64,000 bases of DNA from Bigelowiella natans CCMP2755 (GCA_000320545.1 ADNK01001960.1:62001-126000), one strand, 5' to 3'; counted from the first letter of the stretch, positions 1-13,841 are shown. Program-made: numbers and translations. Notes: a model not told the origin generated them from the letters alone.

Positions 1-377
1 CTATTTATGTTGGAAAATGGCGGCGTGTGGCGGTGTAGTGAAGCAGGGTACGAGGAATGCATTCAGTGTACCGATCGCCCCGAATCCTGTCATTGTGATC
101 CTGAGGGAATGGCGGTGAAAGGGATGAGGGAAAGAACTATCTCTCGCTAAATGCTACATTAAAATCATCATCTAATGAATGTCTGCGTGTCCCGTGTGCG
201 TCGTCGTCGTATAACATACGTGTTCCCGGAATGGATAATGGTGACGGGTAAGAACGACTCACTCAAAACCTGTGCGTTGTTAGGATGATCTTCATTTAAT
301 ATATAATAAAAAGAACATAACGACACCGTAACTTTAATCATCAGGATTGCATTGATTTGAGGAATGCTTATGCTCTC

Positions 378-1241
378 TCATTTGTCAATTATTCTCTCCC
401 GACAACACAGTCTTCGAGGACGGCGAAATGCCACCGATACTGCTAACGCATTTTCCAACAGCAGCACCTTCTCCCTTTTCTGGCAAGATTCGTGCAGAGA
501 CGAGGAGTCCATCCGCACATGTCCATCCTCCCATGTGTAATCTTGCCCGATGTACTTCTGCCAGAAAAAAACAACACACATCATTTTCGAACGTGTGGAA
601 AGAGAAAGGCGATTTGGAATTAGTCATCCCTTATATTCACGCCAGGGCATTCATCGTCATCATTATCATCATACCATCATCACCATCATCATCATCATCA
701 TCATCTGCAGCAGCAGCAGTGTCAAAATCGATATGACGAATAACGAGCAATGAGAATTGAAAAGCAAGAATCTCTCAAATCTCGCATATTTCTTGCTTGG
801 AACGCACTTTCCCCTCCATCCCTTCGCTGACCTGAATGCTGTGGCAGTCCCCACTGAAGTATGCTTCAAGGAATTTCCATACTACATCGTCCTAGGGAGG
901 GGATGATGATACATTGAGGTCGCGACGAATTGACAGTGCTGACAATGTGGTAACTATATACAATCACTCATCAAGCAAAGCGCATTGATATATGCATGGG
1001 TATCGAAGTTTCCTCAGTGATTTTCTACCATTTCCGAGGGTGAATCGAGATGATAACTCGTCTTGACCTCCTCCTCCTGATCCTCCTCCTCCTCCTGATC
1101 CTCCTCCTCCTCCTCCTCCTCCTCCTGTTGCTGCTGCTTCGGCTGCTGCTGTAGTGGGTTCCAATGCTTCTCATTCTTTTGGCAAGATTCCAAGCTAGGC
1201 CCATACCATCTTGGGGGTGAGGAAGAGAGAAGGAACGATAG

Positions 1242-1274
<33 letters not shown>

Positions 1275-1499
1275 GACACCGATCACACAATGAATGATGC
1301 CAACAACGTCGAATAACGCAAGAAAAACAAATGCACACACACACACACACACACGCACGCACACGGAAGCATATGTAAGGCAGGATGCAGGTGCAATTCA
1401 GGTTATTCGGCATCAACCAACCGGTAGGGATACGTCTCGTAGAGTTTTGTAATTTTCCCTTTCTCATCAACCTAGGATTTTGCATTCATATAAATCAAC

Positions 1500-1537
<38 letters not shown>

Positions 1538-1620
1538 CAACGGTAACGACAAAAATAATTGAGCATAAAATGCAAATGGGGTGGTGGGCTCCGCAAGTCC
1601 TAAGTAGACGGTTATTACGC

Positions 1621-1657
<37 letters not shown>

Positions 1658-1750
1658 TATCATCACCTCGCCGAACCACGTGAACTCGGCCAGCATCTAC
1701 ACACATAATCGGCAATGGAACAATCACCATCTACGTCAGGAAATCAGAAT

Positions 1751-1793
<43 letters not shown>

Positions 1794-1840
1794 AATATCT
1801 ATTACGTTTACGCTTGAGAGAGAATAAGGAGAGGGAGAAT

Positions 1841-1880
<40 letters not shown>

Positions 1881-2119
1881 AATGTAGGAAGAACAGATTA
1901 TAGCGTGTCAGACAAAATATTAATATACCAGGCAAGGCTTTCTGCTGGGCCTTGCATAGACTTCTGCAGCTATGCCAGAGATTGCCGCTTTGGTATGAGA
2001 GAGAGAAGGAGTTGAGAGGAAAATACAACATCGTAGCAAAAGCAAAGATTGTTTAATACATAGAGGGTAGGAAGGGAGATAAGGTCGTTGATGTAGCAAA
2101 TAGACCGAATAGTCATCAT

Positions 2120-2159
<40 letters not shown>

Positions 2160-3067
2160 GTGCTAACGTTACCTTTATTAAGCACGCTGCCGGTCGTCGT
2201 TTTGATACGGAGACTGCGTTGATAAATAACATTAGCTGCAGTGGCACTATTCTTCTTCGTTTGATGTGTTGCTGTTGTTGTCGTCGTCGTTGTTGTTGTG
2301 GTTGTTGTTGTTGTATGGCGGAATATTACTAGTCAAGACCATACGACTTGCAGCCGTTGACAATTTCCGTTCTGAAGATTAAGCAATCATTTTACACATT
2401 GCCTTCGTGTGTTTACATGAAGGGCGAGATGGCAGTCGTCGTGTGTGCTCTGTTATGGTAGTTGTTTTGGGGGAGGAAGAATACGTGTTTTTCACAATAG
2501 GCTGATTCTTTGTGATATCTAGGATCCTGATGTCATAACATAATCAATAATCCATAGTAATAATTACGATGTATGGTGAAAAAGATCACATATCGAATTG
2601 CCTCGAAAGAAGAGATATTGTGAATATTGCGTAGATCGGGGAGTGCTTAGCAAGAGAGGGGGGCCAAAACTTTAAAAAGTACTTTCTGTAATTAGTAAGA
2701 CTTACATTTTCCCGTCTTTTGCGAAGAAAGAAGCCAGCTCTTCACATTTGGCATCGGAACCCGGATGAGGGATACGAAATGCCTCTAGCAGTGCGGAGAT
2801 CTAGGTTGCAATGAAGGAGAATATCAGTTGGAAAACGCTACGCGCATGACAGCATCTACAGCGAACGTGTTATTATGTAACCGATCGAATCGCAATGGAG
2901 GAGTCATCGAGAATGCGACGGACGTTTGAAGGACTAGATTTAGCTGGGTAGCCGTAGGTGGGGTAGTTTCTTGGATGCTCAAGCAGGAAGAAGAGGGTGA
3001 ACGCCAGTACGAAGGCGGCGCACAATCCAGTCAGCACGACATTGCGTCGAGCGTTTGTCATCATCAC
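378..3067 (-). CDS. Putative multi-exon gene of unknown function with an N-terminal membrane anchor or signal (exon structure unresolved)
   Basis: First exon 3067-2873 reads MMMTNARRNVVLTGLCAAFVLAFTLFFLLEHP (basic residues then hydrophobic stretch). Several short GT/AG-bounded open segments lie between microsatellite blocks (e.g. DDVVWKFLEAYFSGDCHSIQ near 830-895, VDEKGKITKLYETYPY near 1425-1470). No family recognised; the 3' end is uncertain. Confidence 0.4.
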
Positions 3068-3659
3068 CAGCCAGGACAGCTTTAAACTTCACAACGTAGC
3101 GTTGAAGGCAAGGGAGCCATACGGGAGTATCTTCGGGAATATTCGCTGTAGAAATTATGTACGATACATCCTACGACCCTTGTCGTAGATGTAAAATCGA
3201 TGGTATTTCATTTTCGTAGATCTTTGTACACTTTAGGTAAGAGAAATTACTACATACGACATTCTTTTCGCGAAAGTCGCTCCCCCAATTTGCCTGTCAG
3301 TCTTCGCTCGCACAATGGCACTGCACCACAATGCTCACGAAATACCTTTGGTGGTCCATTTTGGGGTGCGACAACTAAATTCCTACAATTCTGAGTCGGA
3401 ATGTCTGCAATCGGATGTCTCCTGGAGAGGTTGTGGAGACTAGAAATGGGACCTAATGGGCATGATGTTTCCTCGGTGGAGGTTTGTCCTAATTTTGCCC
3501 CTCCAGCTTTCAGATGAACCTAATATGTTTCTCAATCTACATTAAAAATTCATGATTTTATCGATGTAATATTGAAAATAAAAAGGTCCAGATCTCTCAA
3601 TCTCAGCTTTAGCAAAGCTAACAGTTTCGCGATCCGTTGGCCGTACTCACGAAACTTGC

Positions 3660-4830
3660 TCAGCCTTTTAAAGGGGCTGAGCCATCCCCCTCGGCCCGAA
3701 GTATAACGTCAGGGACGAAACAAATCCATAATCCTTCAGGTGGTTGGAAGGGAAACGCGTCGTAAATCTCTAATACCGTCCTGAGCGAGTTATGTGTTAT
3801 GCATGCCAGAGCGTCGTTCGAAACTGCAAGTAGTCTCTTGATGGCTGGTGATACCCAGTTATTCCTCTCCACCTCGTCGCCATCGACGGTATTGCGTCTC
3901 TTCGCTCTCCTGGCTGTAGCGGGCTGTTTCGGCCAGCACAGTCGCAGCATCATCGACGACAAAGATGAATCGTCGCTACATGGGCCACCAACTTGCCACC
4001 ATTCTCATCGAGCAGCAGCAGCAGGAGGAGGAGGAGAAGGAGGTGTGTTCTCAGTTTCCCTTCGATTCACCTACATTTTCCCTGTGCTGCCGTGAGGAAG
4101 AGATGACAACCTTATTGTCCTCGTTTAACGGCAGCACCCCGCACGATAGAAGTCCCTGCCGACACCGCGGATGGAATCGAGTTTCCGCTAATCCTTTTCT
4201 CTCTGTTGTTCTCTTTTCATTGGTTACTTTGCCGCAGAAGTAGTTCGGAGAAGTTCGCTACCTTTTACTGGCGACTCGAAGAGCGATCCTCTCTCCTCCT
4301 CCTCCTCCTCCTCCTCCATAAGAAGAAATCGACGATCTATGCGGGCTGCTCGTGGTGGCTGGAATCCTGCTGCTGCAGCTGCAACTGCAGTTCAACATCC
4401 TTCATTCGGTAAATCACCACTATTTAACGTAGTGAATTCACCAGCAAGAATCTAACGCAATAGTGACCATTCAATACTAACCTTTTGTAAGCAGCACAAT
4501 CTATCCAAATTGCAACGTCAATTATTCACGATATTATTATCGTCATCATCATCACCATCATCATTATCATCATCATAATATTCATCTTCTTCACGAGATT
4601 CCTATTGTTGAATGTCATACGACGCCCAGACGGCCATGCTACACGCACCAACCGATGGTCCTCAAACTTTCGAGTCTCTTTTTCCTCTGCCGCCGCCGCC
4701 GCAAGTGAGGCGGAAAGGGGATACCCAGTCCCCGATAACGGACAGATGGTGAGAAAAAGATCAGCGGGTGTAAGGGGGGGCTTGGAGAAAAGAGGCTATC
4801 TCACATAGAAACCATACAGAAACTTTTCTC
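3660..4830 (-). CDS. Possible hypothetical multi-exon gene
   Basis: Non-repetitive open segments (ORF 3660-3962 ...VLEIYDAFPFQPPEGLWICFVP...; segment near 4600-4760) separated by microsatellites. No consistent splice path or homology established. Confidence 0.2.
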
Positions 4831-4857
4831 GCTGCTTTCATGCCTTCTGCCACTGCC

Positions 4858-4891
<34 letters not shown>

Positions 4892-5033
4892 CACTACTAC
4901 TACCACTAGTATTACTACAACTATACCATTACTATTACTATTGCTGCTGTCAATAGCAACAAATAGATCCTTCCTGCTGCCATTGAATTTAGGGCTCTGA
5001 TGATGGCAATTCGACACGAAACGGAAATCCACG

Positions 5034-5074
5034 ATGGTATCGCTTCTTCCCGGGAATAGGTGCGCGCACCTCGC

Positions 5075-5111
<37 letters not shown>

Positions 5112-5438
5112 TTATATAATGTATATATTCATATATCTCCCTGCTTCCTCTTATGCCGCAACACGTTCACACCTACCCCCCCCCCCCCCCCTCACACACA
5201 CACACACACACAAATACACATGTTCCTCGATAGGCACCGGGGTGGCCTTAGGAGCGCTTATTTCAAACGCGGTAAGCACGAATGGTTTTGAAAAAAGAAC
5301 ACGATGCAAACAACATGTTTTTGCTTCGTCGGGACTCACCACCCTTGTTCTTTTCACCATCATCACCTCACAAATTTCCTACTTGCAATCGGGGGCGAAA
5401 CCAAGGCTAGTGCCCATGCATGCACAGCAATCCATATG

Positions 5439-5484
<46 letters not shown>

Positions 5485-5706
5485 ATTTTTAATCAACCGG
5501 TTGCACCGCCTCTGAACGTTCTCCAGGCCAGTCGTGTTGATGCATGGAATCATGTCGAGTCAGGTATAGAAAATACAGTGATCACAATCATGCAGAAATC
5601 AATGAATGCGAGTGATGAGGATCAAGAGAGGAGGAGGCAAAATCCTTTCAAGCGATATATACTACACATATACATAAAATAAATGAGATAAATTGATAAT
5701 ATTAAA

Positions 5707-5777
<71 letters not shown>

Positions 5778-5784
5778 TATATAT

Positions 5785-5822
<38 letters not shown>

Positions 5823-6177
5823 TTTTAGATGCATCCATCATCATCATCATCATCACCACCACCACCACCATCGTGTCGTCGTCGCTATAACATCTCTACT
5901 TTCACTGCCTAGTTTCACATGGACGAGGTGGTGGAGTGGCTCATTGAAGAGCTTCCAGGCGTATATGTCAAGCAAATCGAAATCGGTAGGGCAGAACAGC
6001 ATTTTGAATAGAGAGAAATAAAGCAGGAGGAGGGGGAGGGGGAGGAGCGGCGTAGAGAAGGAGGCAGATGATTTCTCAGCAGTGATTTGATATTAAACAA
6101 TAACTACCTGCAGGTGATGGCATCCGAGCATCGTTGCGATGGAATATGACGTGGCAAGTCAAGCAATTCGCACGTGC

Positions 6178-6208
<31 letters not shown>

Positions 6209-6438
6209 CATCATCGTTAATAATATTATTATCATCATTATCATGGGAGGGAGAGGAAGAAGAAGGGGGGGGAGAGGGAGTAGTGTTAGTGATATCATAG
6301 CAGGATTAGAATAGAGCTATCATCGTCGCTACAATGCACAGCATTTGTTTTGGGATTTTCATCATCATCGTCGTCGTCATCATCGTCATCATCGTCATCA
6401 TCATAATTCTCGTCACCATGCAGTATCTCTGACATCTA

Positions 6439-6486
<48 letters not shown>

Positions 6487-8069
6487 ACATCTTCAGGCAT
6501 CGTGCGAAGGGACCCCTCACTATGGAACGGCTTTGACCTTATCGGCTATTCTCAGGTAGGTAGTTTCATGGCCAGATATGGAGGGCGATTGCTTCTTCTG
6601 CTGCTGCTGCTGCTGCTGTGTAAAAAGGGCAGTAGCAGCCTCGTTGTTCTGTGTGTCGCGTGTCTAAATAACTGAGAAAGCGCAAGAGGTTTCCTCCTCC
6701 TCCTCCTCTTCCTCCTCCTCATTACTGCATTATTAAATACCACTCAGGGGGCATTAATTTCTCGAGCGTACATTGAAAGGTACTATCTGCTTCATTATGT
6801 GGGAAAAGTAGTCGTGGTGGTAGTAGGTATACGTGTTCTAGTAGTAGTAGTAGGAGTAGTAGTAGTAGTAGTAGTAGTAGTAGAGTAGTGATATAAGAGT
6901 GCTTGTAGCAACCATTCACTCAATGATGCGTAAATGCTCTTCGGTCACAATATCGCTGTTCTTTGACCATGAGCGGCTGCTGCGAGTCTCTTTTGGCCGC
7001 AGCTACCAAGAAGAAGAGGAGGAGGAGGAGGAGGAGGACGCACAGAATATCCTATTGTCATTCCACGAGATTATTCTGAGAGGGCATGTGAAAAAAGCAC
7101 TTGCAGGCGTCGTTGCTGAATGCTTATACCGTGCGCTAGAAGCCGACCCTGCGTGATGATGGCCTGGTGGTTATTGCCTCTTTGATGACATTTAGATACA
7201 ACGAGCCGCGGGTGCGCAACTTCTTCAGCTGGTGTGGACCGCAGGGAGGTCATCTTGCCCGAGCGAAGGACATTTGATTGATTGATTGATTGATGATGAT
7301 GATGATGATGCTGGGGATGATGGCCGAGTACTTCCTCGCTGCTATCCTTCTACTTAGCACGGGTGGGAATTATCATCGCTGCTGCTCAATATACCGCGAT
7401 ATGATATCGATTAGGTCAATTTGGAGTCCCTTTAGTGGATTTCCCAATGATTAAGGTTGTTCTTCCCATAGTAGTTGCAGCAATGGTGGTTGTAATAGTA
7501 ATAGTAATAGTAGGAGCAGTAGCAGCAGTAGTAGTAGTAGTAGTAGTAGTAGTAGCTGTTATCGTTGTTGTTGTCGTTACTAGTATGGTGCGGCTGCGGA
7601 TGTAGTAGCAGAGCCAATAAATCGCGACGACGATGAGGGTTATCGGCTGTGATAAAGAGGATGAGAAAAGCTCGAATGGTGATGCTGGTATGGAATGACA
7701 TATACTATGTATTCGCCTTCTTCGTCCGTCCCCCCCCTCCCCTCTTTCTTGGGCTTTTCCTGCAAATAGCCGTTGAACAAGCGTGTATCACCTCTATGGT
7801 ACTGGGAGAACCGACCGGATTGGGGCAGGTGGAAGATCATGAATGATGGCGATGTAGACGATGAGGATGATGATGACGATGGTTATGACAACGACGATGG
7901 GGAGGATGAGGATGTTGCTGTCGTTGATGATGATCAAGACGGTGATCACGATGACGTTTCTATCTAAAGATATTCGTGGAATGACTACTGGAAGGACCCG
8001 CATAAAATGGAAACTTATCTGAATAAGTAAGCTGTTCTTGTTGTCGTGTCCTCAAGGGCCGGTGGATAT

Positions 8070-8101
<32 letters not shown>

Positions 8102-8588
8102 TCTTGTTGTTGTAGTTAATAGTAGTAAAACGCTTGCTGCTTTGAGTCAATATGTCGACGTCGTCATGGTAGTATTTGTGTTATTATACGATGTGGTGTA
8201 TATCTTATATATTTTATCGATCTCTCTTTCTCTCCCTGTGTGTGTTTGTGTGTGTGTGATTGTGTGTGTGATTGTGTGTGTGTGATTGTGTGTGTGATTG
8301 TGTGTGTGATTGTGTGTGTTTGTGTATCGAATTGCTTTACATGACGACAAGGTCGACGTTTCTTGCGGATGTGAACAACGAGAGAAAGGTACAGCAGCAG
8401 AGAAAACAAAAGAGCGGAGGGAGAGTGGGGGGGAGATCGATTCATTGCTTCTAACACGGCCAAGTGCCAAAGGGACTGAAAGCTGAATTTGCTCGATCCA
8501 AGAGAAGGCGCGGGGGGAAGTGTGTTGCGTTTATTCACTTTACATGTCCGTGTAAGGCACAGCATTGCTCGTTGGTTGACGGTGTGCG

Positions 8589-8627
<39 letters not shown>

Positions 8628-8755
8628 TCTTTCACTCTCCCCGTGCAGATTAAAAACCCAAAGTACAAAAACAACATCAAATCCCTGGAGAACTTTATCC
8701 TCATCTACAGCACTATTGACAATGTCATCATCCCCAGGTATTTGTATATAAACAC

Positions 8756-8786
<31 letters not shown>

Positions 8787-8795
8787 TACACATTA

Positions 8796-8833
<38 letters not shown>

Positions 8834-8860
8834 CAATATTCTGCACAATTGGAGATCAAA

Positions 8861-8895
<35 letters not shown>

Positions 8896-9991
8896 CAATG
8901 ATCAAAGCCTGGATCTCTTTCAATTCGCATTTATAGTTGGGCGCGACGTTATGGTTACATGTTATCGTATTGTGATGACTCAAGCTAAAGGATTATCCCC
9001 CCCCTCCTCGTCGTCATCATCACTCACATGGTGCTGCCTGCCTCCTGCAGGGAAAGCTCTTGGTTTGGTTTCTTTGACCCTGAGGACCCTGAGCACATCC
9101 AGCCTCTTTTTGAATCGAAGCTCTACAAAGAGGTCAGAGAACTAGTGGTAGTTGTAGTAGTAGTAGTAGTAGTAGTAGTAATAATGGTGGTAGCAGCAGT
9201 AGTGGTAAGTAGTACTCGCAGTAGTAGCAATAGCTGCTAAATGCCCCCGCTCATGACGACGAAGAGGAGACGGTTTGTGTCTTGAAGCTCTGCGTATGAG
9301 AACATGCATGCCCGGGATTGCTATGTGAAAATGCTCTATTTATTTTCTCCTGTTTGGTGGCGCCGACCCCCCACCTTTGTATGAGAGCAAGTGGCACGTC
9401 AGCGGTTCCCAGTCCACATGTTGGCATAGTAAAATTCGTCTCTTTTGTTCGGTTTCGAAAGTAATGGTTTTCGGGTCGTGCCAAAACGTATTATCGGCCA
9501 GAGTTGTCGTGTATGAAGATCTACCAGAATTCATGATGAGAGCTCTTTCTTCCCCCTCACTCCCGTCCTTCCCAGGATTGGCTAGGGCTGCGCTATTTGT
9601 ACGAGAGGGGGAGGCTGCATTTCAGACGGTGTGGTTGCGTATTTGCCTGAGTACAAGAGAGGGAGAGAGAGAGAGAGGGAGGGGGGAGGAGGGGGTGATA
9701 CGGGTGCAGACAGCGCATGCTGATTGGAAAGATGAAACAAATCAATTTTAACATCATCGATGGTAGGATTGTGTGTACGCATTTGGACGTCGTTCACGAA
9801 ATCTGCAAGCCCCAGGTAGTAGCACAATAGTAGTAGTAGCAGCAGTAGTAGTAATTTGATAATAGGTTATTGGTACTTCCCAGTAATAGCAAGGGCTCTA
9901 CATGATCCATGCACACTCGCGCTTTTAACTTCCTAAATTGCTCGATTTCACATTTAGGATTAGGCAAACGGACACACACACACACACATAC

Positions 9992-10030
<39 letters not shown>

Positions 10031-10197
10031 GTATCTAAATGAAGGTCTTTGACCGCCACACATTGCCATTTCTCAAGCGATCCAACAATCAAACGTTACG
10101 GTAAGTCGTAGCTAGTAGTAGATGCCAGTAGAAGTGCACCGCATTGATCTTGTGCCTCTTCTCATAGGATCTGATGTTTTCGTTTGTACCAGCACCC

Positions 10198-10233
<36 letters not shown>

Positions 10234-10630
10234 GACCATCACAATCCAAATGAATCATCCTCATCAACACCCTCCTCCGACTGTAACGAATCGTCGTTTT
10301 AGAAATCAGCTCAGCGAGCTGGAGGAGATTGGACTGCGCGATCTTACAAAGGAGGCCATACGTGACATCCGCCATGCTGCGGTTGCGTCAATGAGTGGCC
10401 ATCAACACAACAACAACAACAACAACAACAAAGAGGCCGATGGTGATAGTAATGCTGCCGACAAAAAAATGGCTGTGCTGACGTCCTCTTCTTCCTCCTC
10501 CTCCTCTCCATGGTGGCCGTTCAGTAGTCATGCTGCGGGTATTGATAATGATGGTGAGGGTATGGGGGCGGGGGGGGAAGAGCAGCACGCCGTGGAAGAA
10601 GGAAGAAACGTGAGGCAGCTGTTTAGGTAG
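5034..10630 (+). CDS. PPT1: Palmitoyl-protein thioesterase (PPT1 family, alpha/beta hydrolase), at least 14 small exons; 5' start uncertain
   Basis: Manually spliced exons give family motifs in order: PVVLMHG (~5527), EELPGVYVKQIEIG (~5915-5985), GFDLIGYSQ|GALISRAYIE (catalytic Ser region, ~6497-6555 and ~6748-6779), YNEPRVRNFFSWCGPQG|GQFGVP (~7196-7465), WNDYWKDP (~7975), STFLADVNNER (~8352), YKNNIKSLENF..IDNVIIP (~8650-8737), ESSWFGFF (~9051), DWLGLRYL (~9577). All junctions traced through the DWLGLRYL exon are GT-AG and in phase; the join near 9815-10035 is unresolved. Confidence 0.85.
8238..8325. repeat. Compound intronic microsatellite (TG)n interrupted periodically by AT
   Basis: Repeated TGTGTGTGAT-type units; representative of many intronic repeats. 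Confidence 0.85.
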
Positions 10631-11775
10631 GAGATATGGGATTATTTTCTAATTCTTAAAATAATTGCGAAGTGAGGAGGGGGGAGGAATAGGGGGCACA
10701 CGTAAAAAGCTTCACGCACACAAGAACACACGCGCGCGCGCATGTTATTAAAGTAAAAACTAGAATTATACATACCCTAGCTGCTATTCTCTATCATCAA
10801 GAATGGCATTTGATTGCCCCTCCAAGATGGGCAAATCTGTCGCATGAACTCCTCATCTGCTTCTATTTTTGGTTCCACTTACTTTCACCGCATATCTCTT
10901 GCCTATAGGAACCCCTTCTCTTCCAGCTCACCCGCATCATCCCTTCCTCCTCAAGCGGGGGGTAGCAATGATCCTGTGATGAGGAACCAGCAATACGAGC
11001 AGAGAAGGCAAACAGAGAGTGCTGCTGCTGCTGTTGGTACATCTCCTCCCCCGCATGGCGAGGTGCCGATCGTTAAAGGAGTTATTGGAAGCCACCGCAT
11101 TGGTTCTTTTTTTCATAGAGACTCAATGGCTACCGACGATGTCGCATGTGGAGAAGGTGCAGCAGCTCCAGCAGCGAGTGGAAATTAGCCGCAGTTTGCA
11201 ACATACAAGCGCAGGATTTCTAGATAACTTCGCTCTCGAAGCGCCGAGAAAATTTGGTCGCAACATTGCGCCATCCCCACATGCATGCAAGATGTTGGTG
11301 CAATAATACCCAACTCAATGATGCGGTTAAGTAGTTGAAAATACGACCTAAAGGGCAATGTCAACTCATAGCAGCTATGCGCGTGCGAAGTCATGGGATC
11401 CCCAATGGCGTGTCTCGTTTCTGAAATACGTTGCTGCATGCTTTGTGCAAATGAGGTCTTCTTAGTTGTTTTTCGTTCATTTGCGTTCGGATCACTAGAT
11501 CTTTTTGCTCGTGGATCGCTCTTCCGTATCACTGCTTCAATTTGTGCATGCATTTTAGTGCTTGGCAATCACAGACAACGCAATGTAATATTACTGTGTC
11601 TATCATGACACTATGCAGCTTTAGGTATCGTGAGTCGCTCAGTTAGATCTCCCAACGATTTGCTGACTAACTAGTGTTACGCGCGCGTAATGATTTTGAT
11701 ACGATAGTTGACAGCTGGAATGAAAGTTAGTTTATCAGAGCTAGAGTGGACAGCTGGCATAGGCTGGATATGCGA

Positions 11776-11880
11776 GAGACGGATGTAATGAAACAATTAC
11801 ATTCATTTTAAATAGACATCTTAATGTGGCTATGCAGTGCTGGGTATGCATGTAGCTTATTTATTTTTGCCAATGCAACG
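11776..11880 (+). mobile_element. Solo end of the GAGACGGATGTAATGAA MITE family
   Basis: GAGACGGATGTAATGAAAC...CATC.TAATGTGGCTATGCA aligns by eye with 24746 onward. Confidence 0.65.
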
Positions 11881-11906
11881 ACGGTTTGCATGTGCAGGTG
11901 GCTTGG

Positions 11907-12741
11907 TCATTTCATTCCATATAACAACGGCTGAAGTTTCATTGTGTATGCATCCTCATCCGGGTAGCGGTAGTATCTTTCCACCACGTTGACGACTTCA
12001 AACCCCATTTTTTGGTACAATCCGATGGCCTTCGCATTCGACACGCGCACGTGCAATGTGATACAGTGAATAGACTTACCGTGCAACTTATCATTTTCCC
12101 GGCTCATCGCACATGAGATTAGTCGAGCTAGAATCGCTTTGCCGATTCCTCGACTGTGGTAGGCAGGAAGGAGAGCAATGTTGTCGATATGAGCACCCAA
12201 CCTATCCCAGCGGTTCTTGCCCCTCCCTAGTGGGATAGGCTGTCGCATCAGTCCAAATCCAATCACCTTCTCTCGAAAAGACAAATCCGATGACGGGGAT
12301 AGACGCGGGGTGGTAGTAGTGGTAGAAGAAGAAGAAGAAGAAGAAGAAGAAGAAGAAGAAGAACGGAAGCGGAAGGTAGGAAATACAGGAGATGGAGGAG
12401 CACTAACAACTGCTACAAAGCAGGACGAGGATTCTTCCATGTTTGGGCCATCATCTAGATACTCGTCAAACATCTCGACTGTCCATGGATTTGGGAATAC
12501 CGACCTCTCGACAGAGACCATCTGTTCGATATCGGAGAATCGCATTTTTCGAAGAGAATATGAAATTGTAGAGGCCTTTTTATTGTTGCAATAGCTTGTT
12601 TTCGCTGCAGAAGGAGGTGCTTGAGTGAGTAGACCACTGGTCAGAACACCCTTTTTATTGCCAGTCAGTACGTCTTCCTCAAGTATGATCCCGAGGTCAG
12701 TCGTTGGAGACTTAAGGTATTCGATTGTTGATGCACTTTTC
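11907..12741 (-). CDS. GNAT N-acetyltransferase, RimI-like (last exon; upstream exons unresolved)
   Basis: LRKMRFSDIEQMVSVERSVFPNPWTVEMF...HIDNIALLPAYHSRGIGKAIL...ITLHVRVSNAKAIGLYQKMGF..VERYY....DAYTM match RimI/GNAT motifs. ORF part 12742-12959 is an (AG)n/(CA)n intron with an acceptor TTCAG at 12742. Confidence 0.85.
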
Positions 12742-12790
12742 CTGAACCAAAAAGAACTCACTATTACACATCTGATGTACTTTCTCTCTT

Positions 12791-12852
<62 letters not shown>

Positions 12853-13648
12853 TGTGCGTCACAGTATCCATAGTAATATATATATGTACACTCATTTGTC
12901 AGTAAATCATCATCACGATCATAATCGCAATCACATCGCCATCCAAGTACTTTCGGCAATTCCTAAAGAGTTGGGAATCTTCCAATTTGATGTCTTCTAC
13001 TACGTCGGAAACGGACTCTAATGCCACGCGAGAGAAATAAGAATCCACAGTTCTTGCTCCAGTTGACCTATAAATCGAATCAATTCATTAATCATTAGCA
13101 ATTCGTATGAAGTAGCGTTGGATACTCGCTATGTGATATTGGTGGCTACGATTCAAAGTTAGTTACTCCTATTTTACTGTGTACGCACGCGTGAATCTGG
13201 ATTGAGCAATGTGGCCCAGTGGTATAGCACGTATGATTATAACCGACCTCCTAATTTTCTTTGGCTTCAGGAGCATTTGCGACTGCCTCAAATTGCAATT
13301 TTTGTTTGCCATCACCGAATCCTTCTCGTAAGGCTCCTTTTGCGGCTTATGCATTTTATTGTCGTTATTAGAGGGAATCCAATGGCGACTGTCGTCGGTC
13401 CTCCTCGTCCTAACGCAGGGTGGGGCAACCATCCTGAATTATGAGAGCATTATAATGGCGACAATCTATAGTGTGACATGAAAATACCTTGTCGCACAGA
13501 CAAAATACAGACAGGAACTGCATGGAAGGCCTCACGTGAGCTTTCCCGGAGCATTCTTGTGACTCGAGGAAAAAAAGGAAAGAATCTTGTAACATAAAGA
13601 CAAATTGTTATGGGTTCTTTCTAAATTTAATTGCACGTATAAGTGTTT

Positions 13649-13721
13649 GCCTCTGTAGCATAGCGGTTATTGCGCTCCCTTAGTAAGGGAGAGGTCGTTG
13701 GTTCGAATCCGACCTGAGGCT
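13649..13721 (+). tRNA. trnT-AGT: tRNA-Thr(AGT)
   Basis: Cloverleaf: acceptor GCCTCTG/CTGAGGC (U6.U67 mismatch), anticodon stem CTCCC/GGGAG, loop TT-AGT-AA, T-loop TTCGAAT; T-tracts follow. Confidence 0.95.
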
Positions 13722-13726
13722 ATGTG

Positions 13727-13754
13727 TTTTCCTTTTATTTTTTGGTTTTTTTTT
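13727..13754 (+). terminator. RNA polymerase III T-tract terminator of the + strand tRNA-Thr
   Basis: T4, T4, T6 and T9 runs starting 6 nt after the tRNA 3' end. Confidence 0.75.
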
Positions 13755-13828
13755 GGAGGGAAAAACAGATCCAATTCCGAGGCAATTTCGGCAGAAAGAC
13801 AACGTCATTGTTAGGTAATTGACCAAAT

Positions 13829-13835
13829 AAAAAAA
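13829..13835 (-). terminator. RNA polymerase III T7 terminator of the - strand tRNA-Thr
   Basis: A7 on the + strand about 6 nt beyond the 3' end of the minus-strand tRNA. Confidence 0.7.
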
Positions 13836-13841
13836 TTTCGA

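Noticed and set aside
378-10200. Numerous 60-130 aa ORFs with poly-Y/I, H/T, V/C, L/S, E/R, poly-H or poly-V runs (also elsewhere in the window)
   Set aside because: Translations of intronic microsatellites, not genes.
10800-11610. Several overlapping 70-127 aa ORFs on both strands
   Set aside because: Could hide a small gene, but strand, frame and product could not be determined.
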